64,000 nt of DNA from Octopus bimaculoides (Eukaryota). The stretch lies in contig NC_068992.1 of assembly GCF_001194135.2 (NCBI RefSeq), positions 65,436,039 to 65,500,038 of the forward strand, in the 5' to 3' direction. The position numbers were made by a program, and so were the translations under genes. Position 1 is the first letter of the stretch; each line of letters begins with the position of its first letter. This document shows, piece by piece, positions 1-11,701 of the stretch. The notes beneath the pieces were generated by a model that saw only the letters and a program-made list of their open reading frames with translations, ran no database searches and had not been told where the DNA came from.

Positions 1-1243
1 ACATAGGTTTGGGGCGAGTAATTAGACAGGGTAGTTTTTGCTTCGTCACACTTTCTCTATGACGATATCAACAGAACCACTTCTTACCTTGATAGAAAGC
101 AAAGCCAAAACAAAAAAAAAAATTATAACATTAATCAATGTTGCAGATAAAAATATATGTGAATACAAATAGCTTGATCTAAGAATTGAAAGCTCGTTAA
201 CAAGTCGATTGGTTAACAGAAAAGATGTCTTGTTTTAGCGACCTATGCGCAATATTATAGAAATTCTTAAAATCCTATATCAACGTAAAACCTGTAATTT
301 GCAGAGAAATTTCTAATTTGGTTGTTTTATGTGTTTTTCAAACGAATAAATGACGTAAACAAAGTCGAATACAAACCAGCATTTAAATTCTGCCATTAAA
401 ATAATATTCCGGACACGGCTGGAAATTTTAGAATTTTGATTAATCGTTGTTGTTTAGAAGATAATTCTGTTTTATTGTTCTTATTTCTTTATGTCTTTTT
501 CACGTTAGGAGAAGCATGACATCACAGCGTTTACAATTCCTTTCGGAGTGGTGAGGTAGAACCTCATAAAACAGTGGCGTAGTTCAGCTGCTTAGAAAAA
601 AATCTAAGGGACCAGATGGTGGGGGTTAAAAAGAGGGCGAGTCAGGCCCCCGTCGTCTAGAATAAGCAGGGCAGTTAGATTTATAATTCACAGTTTGAGA
701 CATGTTTATGTAAGCATCATTTTGTTCCCATTGTCATTATATACACACGTGAAGTGTTCACGAAAAATATCTAGATATTTGTTGTTAAATGGCAGTGAAT
801 AAAAGGAAGGATTTGGTTGAAGAAAATATTAAGCGTAAAAAGGTTTAATATTCATTCTTTCTCCAATTATATGAAACAGGGTTGTGTTCGTTTGAGCAAC
901 TTGTACGGATGAAACAGGTGAATATCCAGAATATAAAGAAGCTGGGAAAGAAATTATTTACTTGCCGTAGACGAATACGATTATGGAAGCTATAGTGAAA
1001 AATATATGGGCTGTCTTCGTACATGGGCCTGTAAAACTGTAAAAATAGCTTTGTTGTCTTGTTTATGTGTTCAAAATTCGGTAAGAAATTGACGGTATTT
1101 TCTTTCCAAAGACAGATCTTTCTATACTGCGAAAGAATAATTTCATCAGTTGAAGGTCGTTAGATTTGTTAGGAAGAGGATCAATAAAATAGTAGAATGT
1201 TACATCACTCTTAAGAGAAGAGAAGTGTGAATTCCTCTTTGTC

Positions 1244-1450
1244 GCACCTTCTACTAAAAGCTGTTACGTCACACATAGAACAAAATGTGTGCAAATGTTG
1301 CACGTTCTACTAATTACTGTTATGTCACGAATAGACCAAAAGACTTACATTTTCCTGGTAGGTGTCTCTTCGCACATGAAGCAAGCAAAGGAATATATTT
1401 GCTGCACATTCTACTGAAAAGGCATTACGTCACACATGAAACAAGATATG
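1244..1450. repeat. Degenerate tandem repeat, ~52-56 bp unit, 3-4 copies
   Basis: GCAC(C/G/A)TTCTACT...TTA(C/T)GTCAC..AT.GA.CAA recurs at 1244, 1300 and 1404; a partial unit lies near 1371. Confidence 0.6.
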
Positions 1451-2585
1451 TTCAGATGCATCTTTTTTACACATTTTACTGTAATATATTCTATCAACTG
1501 TTACTAATCAATAATCTAGATGTTGCTTCAAGAAGATAACTTTTCATTGAATCATAAAAATAAATGACCACAGAAATAAGTAAAACTCTGTTACACACTG
1601 AAAAGGAGAATTTCGTCTCTTTTATAAAAACGAAAAAAAAACCCTATTATTTCNNNNNNNNNNNNNNNNNNNNNNNNNNNNNNNNNNNNNNNNNNNNNNN
1701 NNNNNNNNNNNNNNNNNNNNNNNNNNNNNNNNNNNNNNNNNNNNNNNNNNNNNNNNNNNNNNNNNNNNNNNNNNNNNNNNNNNNNNNNNNNNNNNNNNNN
1801 NNNNNNNNNNNNNNNNNNNNNNNNNNNNNNNNNNNNNNNNNNNNNNNNNNNNNNNNNNNNNNNNNNNNNNNNNNNNNNNNNNNNNNNNNNNNNNNNNNNN
1901 NNNNNNNNNNNNNNNNNNNNNNNNNNNNNNNNNNNNNNNNNNNNNNNNNNNNNNNNNNNNNNNNNNNNNNNNNNNNNNNNNNNNNNNNNNNNNNNNNNNN
2001 NNNNNNNNNNNNNNNNNNNNNNNNNNNNNNNNNNNNNNNNNNNNNNNNNNNNNNNNNNNNNNNNNNNNNNNNNNNNNNNNNNNNNNNNNNNNNNNNNNNN
2101 NNNNNNNNNNNNNNNNNNNNNNNNNNNNNNNNNNNNNNNNNNNNNNNNNNNNNNNNNNNNNNNNNNNNNNNNNNNNNNNNNNNNNNNNNNNNNNNNNNNN
2201 NNNNNNNNNNNNNNNNNNNNNNNNNNNNNNNNNNNNNNNNNNNNNNNNNNNNNNNNNNNNNNNNNNNNNNNNNNNNNNNNNNNNNNNNNNNNNNNNNNNN
2301 NNNNNNNNNNNNNNNNNNNNNNNNNNNNNNNNNNNNNNNNNNNNNNNNNNNNNNNNNNNNNNNNNNNNNNNNNNNNNNNNNNNNNNNNNNNNNNNNNNNN
2401 NNNNNNNNNNNNNNNNNNNNNNNNNNNNNNNNNNNNNNNNNNNNNNNNNNNNNNNNNNNNNNNNNNNNNNNNNNNNNNNNNNNNNNNNNNNNNNNNNNNN
2501 NNNNNNNNNNNNNNNNNNNNNNNNNNNNNNNNNNNNNNNNNNNNNNNNNNNNNNNNNNNNNNNNNNNNNNNNNNNNNNNNNNNNN

Positions 2586-2621
<36 letters not shown>

Positions 2622-2675
2622 ACATACATATACATACATACATACATAAAGAGAAATGGATAGATAGATAGATAA

Positions 2676-2708
<33 letters not shown>

Positions 2709-3140
2709 CAGATAGACAGACATGTATGTATGAGTTCATAAGCGAATTTAGACTCGCTTATACTTAGTCACAAAAATTCACACACTCAAATATGCCAACA
2801 CGCATTCGGCTATATATATGTGTTTGTGTGTGTGTGTGTGTGTATGTGTGTGTGTGTGTGTGTGTGTAAGAGAAAGCGAGAAAAACAGATACACGCATTA
2901 CGTGCTCATTTACAGTTTCCTACATATACTTATAGGCACATTCCTATGCACGCATGAATGTGTGTGTGTGTGTGTGTGTGTATGTGTGTGTGTGTTGTGT
3001 GTGTATGTGTGTATGTGTGTACATCCTAGATTCCTGTTTTCAACCACAAATGATGAAGCTAAGAAGCTATCTCTAACGTTGTCATTATATGTACAATTAC
3101 ACCCCTGTATATTTTGCGTGTAGGGGTGGTCGGCTAGGCG

Positions 3141-3241
3141 TATTATTATTATTATTATTATAATTATAATTATTATTATTATTATTATTATTATTATCAT
3201 TATCATCATCATCATCATAATAATAATAATTATTATTATTA
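3141..3241. repeat. (ATT)n/(ATC)n microsatellite
   Basis: Directly visible. Confidence 0.95.
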
Positions 3242-3252
3242 TTTCACTTTAC

Positions 3253-3350
3253 CGTAGGTTTTGTTGAAGCTCCTGGAGTCGTTGTTGTACTTCTCAGAAC
3301 ACTCGGTATTGACTGTTCTCATAGCTTCTGTGAGAGCGGACAGCAGCCTG
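3253..3350 (-). CDS. Candidate internal exon of an unknown protein (RLLSALTEAMRTVNTECSEKYNNDSRSFNKTY)
   Basis: Acceptor ttgtttacttctgacag, donor TACG|gtaaag, 98 nt open frame, many C-ending codons (AAC, TAC, GAC, TTC, ACC, TCC) in an AT-rich background. No homology recognised. Confidence 0.4.
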
Positions 3351-3427
3351 CTGTCAGAAGTAAACAAGTTTGTATTGCAATATATCTCCTTTGTTATCTA
3401 CTTTTCCCCTGGTTTATGATCGCTTAC

Positions 3428-3547
3428 AGGTTCACTTCTCCCACGTTAATATAAATACGGTCATATATTAGGACCAAATAGTTTACGTAACTTCTATTTT
3501 CGTTAAGGTTCAGGCCAAACATTTTCAATCGATAGAAACATTCTGTT
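3428..3547 (-). CDS. Candidate internal exon (TECFYRLKMFGLNLNENRSYVNYLVLIYDRIYINVGEVN)
   Basis: Acceptor tatacttcag, donor CT|gtaagc; a 77-nt intron joins it in frame (phase 2) to the exon at 3253-3350. Confidence 0.3.
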
Positions 3548-4049
3548 CTGAAGTATATTTGACAAACTTCAGTCCTCAAAGTTAAATGTGAATTATAAAG
3601 AGACCGTATTGGAGCCAACATGTCTTTTATCCATCCAGATATTTCCCATTATTAACGGAAAATAATTGTCATTCAAGTAAAAGGAAAAAGCCTAAGATAT
3701 GAATGAACGCTGCAGCCATTGCGCTACGTGAGGTTTAAATAATTCTATGCACTATGCCGTAATGGCTGCCAGCAGGTTTGTATGTCGTCTGCTTTTGATT
3801 TCTTTTTATTTTATTCTATTCAAATTGTCATATTCTCTGAAACCATTTCAGGTGCAGTCTTTATTTTATTTTATAAGTTCTCTTCGATATCTTGCATTGA
3901 ATTATATTGATTTTTCATTTCTTTTACCAGAAACTGCGAGGTAGTTCTAAGTTGTGAAATAAATAACTAAACCAAACAAACTGCGTTCCACAATGTCCAC
4001 CATTTGTACACCTTGAAAATGCGTCTCCGTTTGTGTGGAAGCCACTTAC

Positions 4050-4155
4050 GAAAAGCCGGACGGAATATATATTACAAGATGGAAATAACTCTTCATTATG
4101 CTGACTTGTGTCGTACTGACGCCTCTGTTTGCCTTTCGAAAAATTTCAGATGTCA
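4050..4155 (-). CDS. Candidate internal exon (TSEIFRKANRGVSTTQVSIMKSYFHLVIYIPSGF)
   Basis: Strong donor TC|gtaagt, weaker acceptor ttttactgag; phase 1 in and phase 2 out, compatible with its neighbours. Confidence 0.22.
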
Positions 4156-4809
4156 CTCAGTAAAATTTTCCTAAGTGTTCCATCAGATACGAAAGTGAGA
4201 ATTAAGTATGCAGTCAAAGTAGAACAAATAACAGTTGACATTTATCGGAATCGCATTGCATGGAGAGAAGTCTTCCAAGGAAAAGGAAGAGATGTACCTG
4301 TTTCAGAAGGTAGATCGAGATGGTACAGCTTAAAGTTTGAATAATTGTCCTTGAATCAGGTTCTGCATGCACTTCCGTTCTCCTAATTAAAGTGACTGTG
4401 TATGGTTTTAAACTAGTTAACCATTTATTGTCGTATCTACACGAGTATAGGAACTGGCGGTATTGTTGCCTGCTTACTGTAGTTCGATGATACCAATGAG
4501 ATTGGTCAGTTCTTGTGAGAAAGTCTCAACTAGTCCAGCTCTTTTTCTTGGGTTGTTTGTCTTTGATAATCCGTAGATTATCAAAGATATAGAAAGATGA
4601 GTATTAACTCAAATCCACATTTTTGCTTTAGTTTGGTGATTGTTGAAAGAAAAGGGATTCTATATTTGGGAGTCCTGCTATAGAAGCCATGTCCAAAGGT
4701 TTTTTTTTTTTAACTAAATGCAAGGTTCAACACAGCGGTATCAGACAATATTATGGAAAATAATTATTATTGTAAACGATTCAATGAGGGTTTCTCTGTC
4801 TCGTCTCAC

Positions 4810-4910
4810 CGTCTGCTAAGTAGAATCCTCGTTTCGTGTCTCCCGAATCATAAACAATTGGTCTAAGAATTTCGTTAATCTGCGAAACGAAATCCGAATA
4901 ATCAGCTTTG
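4810..4910 (-). CDS. Candidate internal exon (KADYSDFVSQINEILRPIVYDSGDTKRGFYLAD)
   Basis: Donor GACG|gtgaga, weak purine-rich acceptor; lies within ORF 4781..5029(-). Confidence 0.22.
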
Positions 4911-6106
4911 CTACATTTTTCATTATACATATGATCCAACAGGTATGAGCTAAGGCTACACACCTCCACGACGACGACGACCACCACCACCACCAACAAC
5001 AACGGCAACAACAAATACAATGATGACATACTGTTTCCTAGTTACTTATTTTAAGATTTTAAATAGGTGAATTGGGGCAGAAAAAGCGAGAGGAAGAATG
5101 GTTGCAACGTCTAAGTGTAAATAACCGTGTAAATTGAGATACATGTATAGGTTTATCTGGTCGATATTCATTTCGGGATGCCGCAGAGTGTTGGGCGAAA
5201 TAAGCATGTAAACGGAAAGCGAAAGGAGTGTCTAGAAAAGAGTGAACGGGAGAAGGATTTACAGGAATCGCTTCGTCTGAAGTCTAGACACTTCAATAGG
5301 AGAAAGTGAATTACATCAAATACGCAAAATGCTAAAGAATAATGTTTAAATATGAGTCTGTTTACTGTAAAATCCTGTAATGGAATCTGTACATATACAT
5401 ACACCGCAGAGTGGGTGTGGGTTACTCTAGATAGAAATTTCCTTTATTCTGAAAAATCTATTACTTTGGGCGTTTCATTCGCCCTTAGATAATATATTAA
5501 AAGAAAATATCAATTCTCGCTAGTCATAGAGAATGACAACAATTTAAAATATATAAATGAAATAAATAGAATTCACGAAAGAAAAAAAATAGTCTTTTTC
5601 TGATAAATTCAACGAATATAATTTGAATTATCGTTAAAAATCTGCTTCCAAAATATGGACTTTCAGAGAATGCTATGACATTTTGAAAATGGAGTAAAAA
5701 AGACGCAGCTGTTTCCTCGAATCGAAGATCGATACCTCCACTGCCTTATTAGATATTTTATTGAAAGTTCCAGATTAATAAAAATGTTATTATTGAATAC
5801 ATTTATACCATTTTCTAATATATATTTAGAAATTATTCCCGTATATATATCGCTGTGTGTGTGTGTGCGTACACGTATGTATATTTAAAATTTATTACGG
5901 TAAATATACATATGAGTACTCGCGTGTGAGCATGAATACATACGCACACACACTTGCACACACACATGTATGTATTGTTTTATATATATATATATATATT
6001 CATAATTTATTCCCAAAAAATAAGTGTAGGTTAATAATACGTACACATACATACGCACGAATATACATGGTTACATGCATATATATGCATATGTTGAGCG
6101 TGCATA

Positions 6107-6155
<49 letters not shown>

Positions 6156-6160
6156 ACTGT

Positions 6161-6217
6161 GGTGCTCCAGCATGATCACAGCCACTTGGCTGAAACCCAT
6201 AAATAAATAAATAAATA

Positions 6218-6219
<2 letters not shown>
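6161..6219 (+). mobile_element. SINE/CR1-type 3' end with (TAAA)n tail
   Basis: GGTGCTCCAGCATGATCACAG...GGCTGAAAC followed by (TAAA)n; the same tail motif occurs at 14640, 33781 and 41461. Confidence 0.6.
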
Positions 6220-6266
<47 letters not shown>

Positions 6267-6738
6267 ATCTGTTTTCTTTCTCTTTCTGTTTGCATATATA
6301 TATATATATATGTAAATATATATAAATATATACTTATACATGCATATGTTTGTATATATATATATGTATGTGTGTGTTTGTGTGTGTTTGTGTGTGTACA
6401 TGGAATTTCGTTAAATATATTGATTAAATAATGGAATGGTTTCATAATGTTAGAAATTATATTTTTGGAACATACACTCTAGCTATTTCGTTAGAATCAC
6501 TGAAATGTATAACATTTCTATAGATATCCAATACACTTGCGTTTGCACAGTGTAACCTTTATTGATTATAAGTATTGCAGATCGAAGGGATTTTAACGAT
6601 CAGCAACGACGACGGTCACATAAATATAATAGCGTACATAAATATAAAACGCGATATGCATGCAGTATATATGCGTACACGCACACATACACACATACAT
6701 ACATATACATACATATATACATAAACATATATATATAT

Positions 6739-7001
6739 GGTGGTTGTCTACTCCTTAAACAGAGTTTGACCACCTCCTGCACCTACACCTTAGCCCTTTC
6801 ATGGCGTCTGATGTGGCTTTTTAAACCAGACAGTGTTTTGAAAAAACACCCACACAGATTGCACCTCTGATTTGCACTACCAATACCTGCAAGTAAGTTC
6901 TGCTCATTGTGGATCCTAACATGTCTTTTAAGACCCCCATTGGATTTGCAAACCCTCTGGCACACACCACATTCAAACGTGTGCACAGACATATAATCAG
7001 T
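6739..7001 (-). mobile_element. 5'-truncated non-LTR retrotransposon 3' end (RTE-like) encoding two C2H2 zinc fingers
   Basis: ORF 6783..7043(-) contains FECGVCQRVCKSNGGLKRHVRIH and RCNLCGCFFKTLSGLKSHIRRH, then a stop and a ~45-nt 3' UTR ending in (TA)n. The linker is not TGEKPY, and both ends sit in TA-type microsatellite. Confidence 0.6.
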
Positions 7002-7009
7002 ATATATAC

Positions 7010-7040
<31 letters not shown>

Positions 7041-7189
7041 CACGTATGTATGTGTGTGTACGAAATAACCGGAGAGAGAAAAACATGTGTAGGGATTAAC
7101 GGTTTAACAAGATGAAATATACATATATCTATGTATTTATTATGTGACGGACCAGATTATTAGATGATGCAAGACACTGCTTATCACAA

Positions 7190-7335
7190 GGCACTTTGCA
7201 TAGTTTTAGCTTTCGAACGTGGCCATCCCGCTGGCTATGCGACTAGGGCAACATTCTCACCTGATCGAAAGAATATTCCGTCGCATGGTTACCCATTTAT
7301 TTCGGAGTGGATTGGAGAAACGTGAATAAAGAAGA
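7190..7335 (-). mobile_element. Degraded SINE remnant
   Basis: GAGTGGATTGGAGAAACGTGAATAAAG resembles the GAGTGG.CTGGAG.A.....AAATAAAG block of the copies at 28690 and 38895. Confidence 0.35.
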
Positions 7336-7470
7336 GATGCACTACCACTTCAACCAACGGCAAGGTTGTAACTGTGTTACGTTTCAGGTGTGTTCAATGA
7401 CAAGTTAAATGATTTACATTAAAAACGCTCAGAACTTTCCGGACAACTTAATGTGTGTGTGTGTGTGTGT

Positions 7471-7515
<45 letters not shown>

Positions 7516-10041
7516 TGTGTGTGTGTGTGTGTGTATACGTATAGATCGATAGAGTAAGATAGATATGCACGCGCATATGAAATAACAATTGAGAGCTTAT
7601 ATATACATACATTTAGATACATACATACATACATACATACATACATACGTGTGCGCAATTGTACTTGGACTTTTTGTTCTGCTTAAGAGATAATATCTAT
7701 CTTCGCCTAATGGTGTCATTTGTCTTGTTCATTTGTTCCAGTTGTGCATCACCAAGGCGATACACTAATAGCTTGTTACAGTACATATATTTCTTCTGTT
7801 GAATACCGTTTTCTGGGCAATTCAATCAAAGCTATTCAAAAACTTTGCACTCATGAATGCTTTTAATTGAGGTTTTGGCTTGGATTTCATACCAATCGTT
7901 TGATAGGATCGGATTCCACTACGTACACCACTTAATGTGGTTAACTTAGGGACAAATCTCTAATTGTAATATACATTAAACTCTTCGAAAATCTGCGTTG
8001 GAGAATTTGTGACTCAAGAATAAGGAATTCCAGTTTGAACCAAGTCTGTTTGTATCTGCGAAAGTGGATGATGTTTGCTCTGTTCCAATAAAATAACGAG
8101 CAAATAGAAAACTAATAAAAGAAGCTGCGGCGGCAAAGGGTGTCACGTTTAGGGAACTTAGTGCCGTGAACGGCAGTGAGACCAAGAAAGTCCAAAGCGG
8201 AGCTGAATTGCAACTACTACTACTACTAGGCTTCATACACACACACACACAGACACACACACATATATATATATATATATGTATACTTATATACTTNNNN
8301 NNNNNNTCAATTTTTTTTCTCCGTGTTTTTCTCCTTGTCTCCGTATTCTTTCTGTTGAAGAGCGTAGCTCGAAACGTCAAAGACTTTCCGTATTCCCGAG
8401 CGTCATACTAATATATACTTTTGTTATTTACACCACCTGTCCTCGTCTGTTGTTATTTTTTGTATATTCTCCCATATATATACATGCGCGCGTTTGTGTG
8501 CGTGTGAGTATACACATAAACGCATATACATATATATTGACATATATATGTAGCGTGGTGTGTGTGTATGCTTATATACACCTTTCTATAACAAGTATCA
8601 ATATTTGTGTATTTGCTTTAGAAAATATTTATTGTCTTCATCGTTCAGATAAGAACGTCAAAATCAAAACCAATCTATGCGCGACAAACATTACACATAT
8701 TTTCCAATCAAATAATTTTCCTGTGCTTCCATCGATTACATTGATTTCATAAATAGATCAAAGAGTTGCCAACAGAGAGAAAAGTACAATAACTGGGTTG
8801 TTACCGTGCTGAGTCTTTGTAAGCTATGTTTAAGACGTTGCTTCATGTTTTCATAAATATGTTATAGAGACAAACCAGTAGCATACGTTCTAATCAGTTT
8901 CGGTTCTGTCTATCAATTTAAAATTATGAAATGAATGGGTGTTAATTTACTGTCTCCGAACCGTGAGGTTCTTCCTTGGATTTTTCGCTGCGGGCCGGAG
9001 GGTTAAAACTGACGGTAAGACATAGAAGATAATTTTCAGTGTGTAATCATATGCACATATGAATGAGTATACACACAAAACACGCACACCCATATATATA
9101 TATATATATATANNNNNNNNNNNNNNNNNNNNNNNNNNNNNNNNNNNNNNNNNNNNNNNNNNNNNNNNNNNNNNNNNNNNNNNNNNNNNNNNNNNNNNNN
9201 NNNNNNNNNNNNNNNNNNNNNNNNNNNNNNNNNNNNNNNNNNNNNNNNNNNNNNNNNNNNNNNNNNNNNNNNNNNNNNNNNNNNNNNNNNNNNNNNNNNN
9301 NNNNNNNNNNNNNNNNNNNNNNNNNNNNNNNNNNNNNNNNNNNNNNNNNNNNNNNNNNNNNNNNNNNNNNNNNNNNNNNNNNNNNNNNNNNNNNNNNNNN
9401 NNNNNNNNNNNNNNNNNNNNNNNNNNNNNNNNNNNNNNNNNNNNNNNNNNNNNNNNNNNNNNNNNNNNNNNNNNNNNNNNNNNNNNNNNNNNNNNNNNNN
9501 NNNNNNNNNNNNNNNNNNNNNNNNNNNNNNNNNNNNNNNNNNNNNNNNNNNNNNNNNNNNNNNNNNNNNNNNNNNNNNNNNNNNNNNNNNNNNNNNNNNN
9601 NNNNNNNNNNNNNNNNNNNNNNNNNNNNNNNNNNNNNNNNNNNNNNNNNNNNNNNNNNNNNNNNNNNNNNNNNNNNNNNNNNNNNNNNNNNNNNNNNATC
9701 TGTCAGCAATATATAAGAAAATCATGACAATTTAATAAATATGAATATATATATACATAAGTACATAAACGAGTGCATGCATATATATATACATACATAC
9801 ACAGATTATCTCACGCATACGCGCATACACACATTCATTTATATATGTATACATGCAAAGTATGGGGGTTTAATTCACAGGTGATCTAAACGATGATGTA
9901 CGCTAGGTAAGAGCTGTAACGGATTACTAGGGCTCCCAGGTTATAGCTGAGATGGTAGTTATGGATCCATTGTAGATTTCTGATGCCGCGGATATACAAT
10001 TGTTAAACAGGATGTCAGACATTAAGGTAAGGCAAACATCT

Positions 10042-10582
10042 CAAGTCATATACAATATTATTACAGGAAGAAATTCCAAATCTTACAGCTGTTTCCTGGA
10101 GTATGGGCTATTCCTTCATCAGTGACTAACTGGGGAAAATATAGAAAATGAGAATGGTATATATCAATAAGATGGCAGCATAGAGGAAGGGAATAAAAGA
10201 ATATGGAGATGGAAAGAGAGAAGAAAAAAGAGGCATAAAATTCATAGTTCAACTTCCTGAAGAAACCAGAGCATGAGTCCTTAAGTGTAATCCTGCGTAT
10301 ACTCATGGATCTAAGCAGGATTACACCTAATGAGTCATGCTTTGGTTTCTTTGGAAAGTTGAACTAAGAACTTTTATGCCTTTTTTTTCTTCTCTCTTTC
10401 CATCTCCTTATTCTTTTACTCCCTTCCTCTATATTGTCATCTTATTGATATATACCATTCTCATTTTCCATATTTTTCTCGCTATTTTTTCTCTGATTAC
10501 GGAATATCCTATACTCGTGGATATCTCAGAAACAGCGATAAGAATTTGAATTTCTTCCAGTAACAATATTGTATATGACTTG
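10042..10582. repeat. Long inverted repeat / foldback element (arms ~255 and ~268 bp, 18-nt loop)
   Basis: 10042-10296 is the reverse complement of 10315-10582; the inner ~160 bp is about 90% identical by hand alignment; loop 10297-10314. Confidence 0.9.
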
Positions 10583-10606
10583 TTTGTCTGTTATTTTTTC
10601 TTTGCA

Positions 10607-10646
<40 letters not shown>

Positions 10647-11584
10647 ATATACCAATGTATTGGCGGGTCGAGACAGTAATGTTTACACTCTACTTACCGA
10701 GCTCTGTACAATAACATATATTTAAACTGCGTTTCTTTCTAATCGTCTGCTTCCATAAATAATGTATAGGTGACGACTGTTCATTTGTAAGTCGTTTGTG
10801 TTCTTATATAGAAAATCGACACGAATCACATTCGTACAGTTTACAATTTTTCCGTTAAGCTCGAGATTTCCAGAACAAAATATTTTCGTTCTGACGTGCT
10901 TTCTTCAAAATGTAATGGGAAATTTTGTTTATTTTCGTTAACTGCTCGCGTCTTCACTAAAGAAATCTAATTTGCTTGTTTCAGCTGTCTCTCAGTACAA
11001 TGTATTTTGTTTGTTATTTTAAATTCCTCTTCTATGCAGTGAGAGTGTGTGGGTGTGCGTATACGTGCGTGAGACAGCAATCTTTAACACAGAAAAGAAC
11101 ACACTTTCATTGAAATTTAAACATCAATTAAGTAGTTATATATGTAGAACTATAGCTTTGTATGGATATATTTATCTCCAGACGTATGTTTATTAGCTTG
11201 CAACCATGTAGTTTTGCTTGTCAATGCGTATATTTTCTTGTTATATATATGCATACATAAATATTCTTTTATTTGTCTATACGTGCATATGTGTGTGCGT
11301 GTGCTTAACATTACATGATAAAGGTCACCTATGCTTTGCATATTTGTGCAATTTAATTAATGACGTGTAACTGTAACCTCCTTAGTTGTGTCTCTTCCTG
11401 CTTCATGAAGCTTGTATGTGTGTACGTATGCATGTACATATGGATTTATTTACATATGTATACATTAGTCTACGCGCGTATACATGTTTGTATGGTATAT
11501 GTGCATTTACATATATAAGCGTATATGTGTGCATAAATATACATGTATATATGTATATATGCGTGTGTCAATGTGCCCATCTAT

Positions 11585-11701
<117 letters not shown>

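Noticed and set aside
3020-3104. Next minus-strand exon (GCNCTYNDNVRDSF...) after the 3253-3350 candidate
   Set aside because: The acceptor gives phase 0, whereas the upstream donor is phase 1; joining them yields GGG GTG TAA, an immediate stop.
3258-3359. Plus-strand exon reading VLLKLLESLLYFSEHSVLTVLIASVRADSSLLSE
   Set aside because: It shares wobble positions with the minus-strand frame and is rich in TTG/TCG/GCG codons, typical of an antisense shadow; the minus-strand splice signals are stronger.
4906-5137. Alternative plus-strand two-exon ending (LCYIFHYTYDPT / GELGQKKREEEWLQRLSVNNRVN*)
   Set aside because: The splice sites are plausible, but no homology is recognised, the acceptor is weak and it overlaps the minus-strand model; it cannot be supported without RNA data.
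7980-8230. Possible LINE C-terminus ending in (CTA)n (…KLIKEAAAAKGVTFRELS…)
   Set aside because: It contains in-frame stops and no diagnostic motif; the resemblance to RTE ends is too faint.
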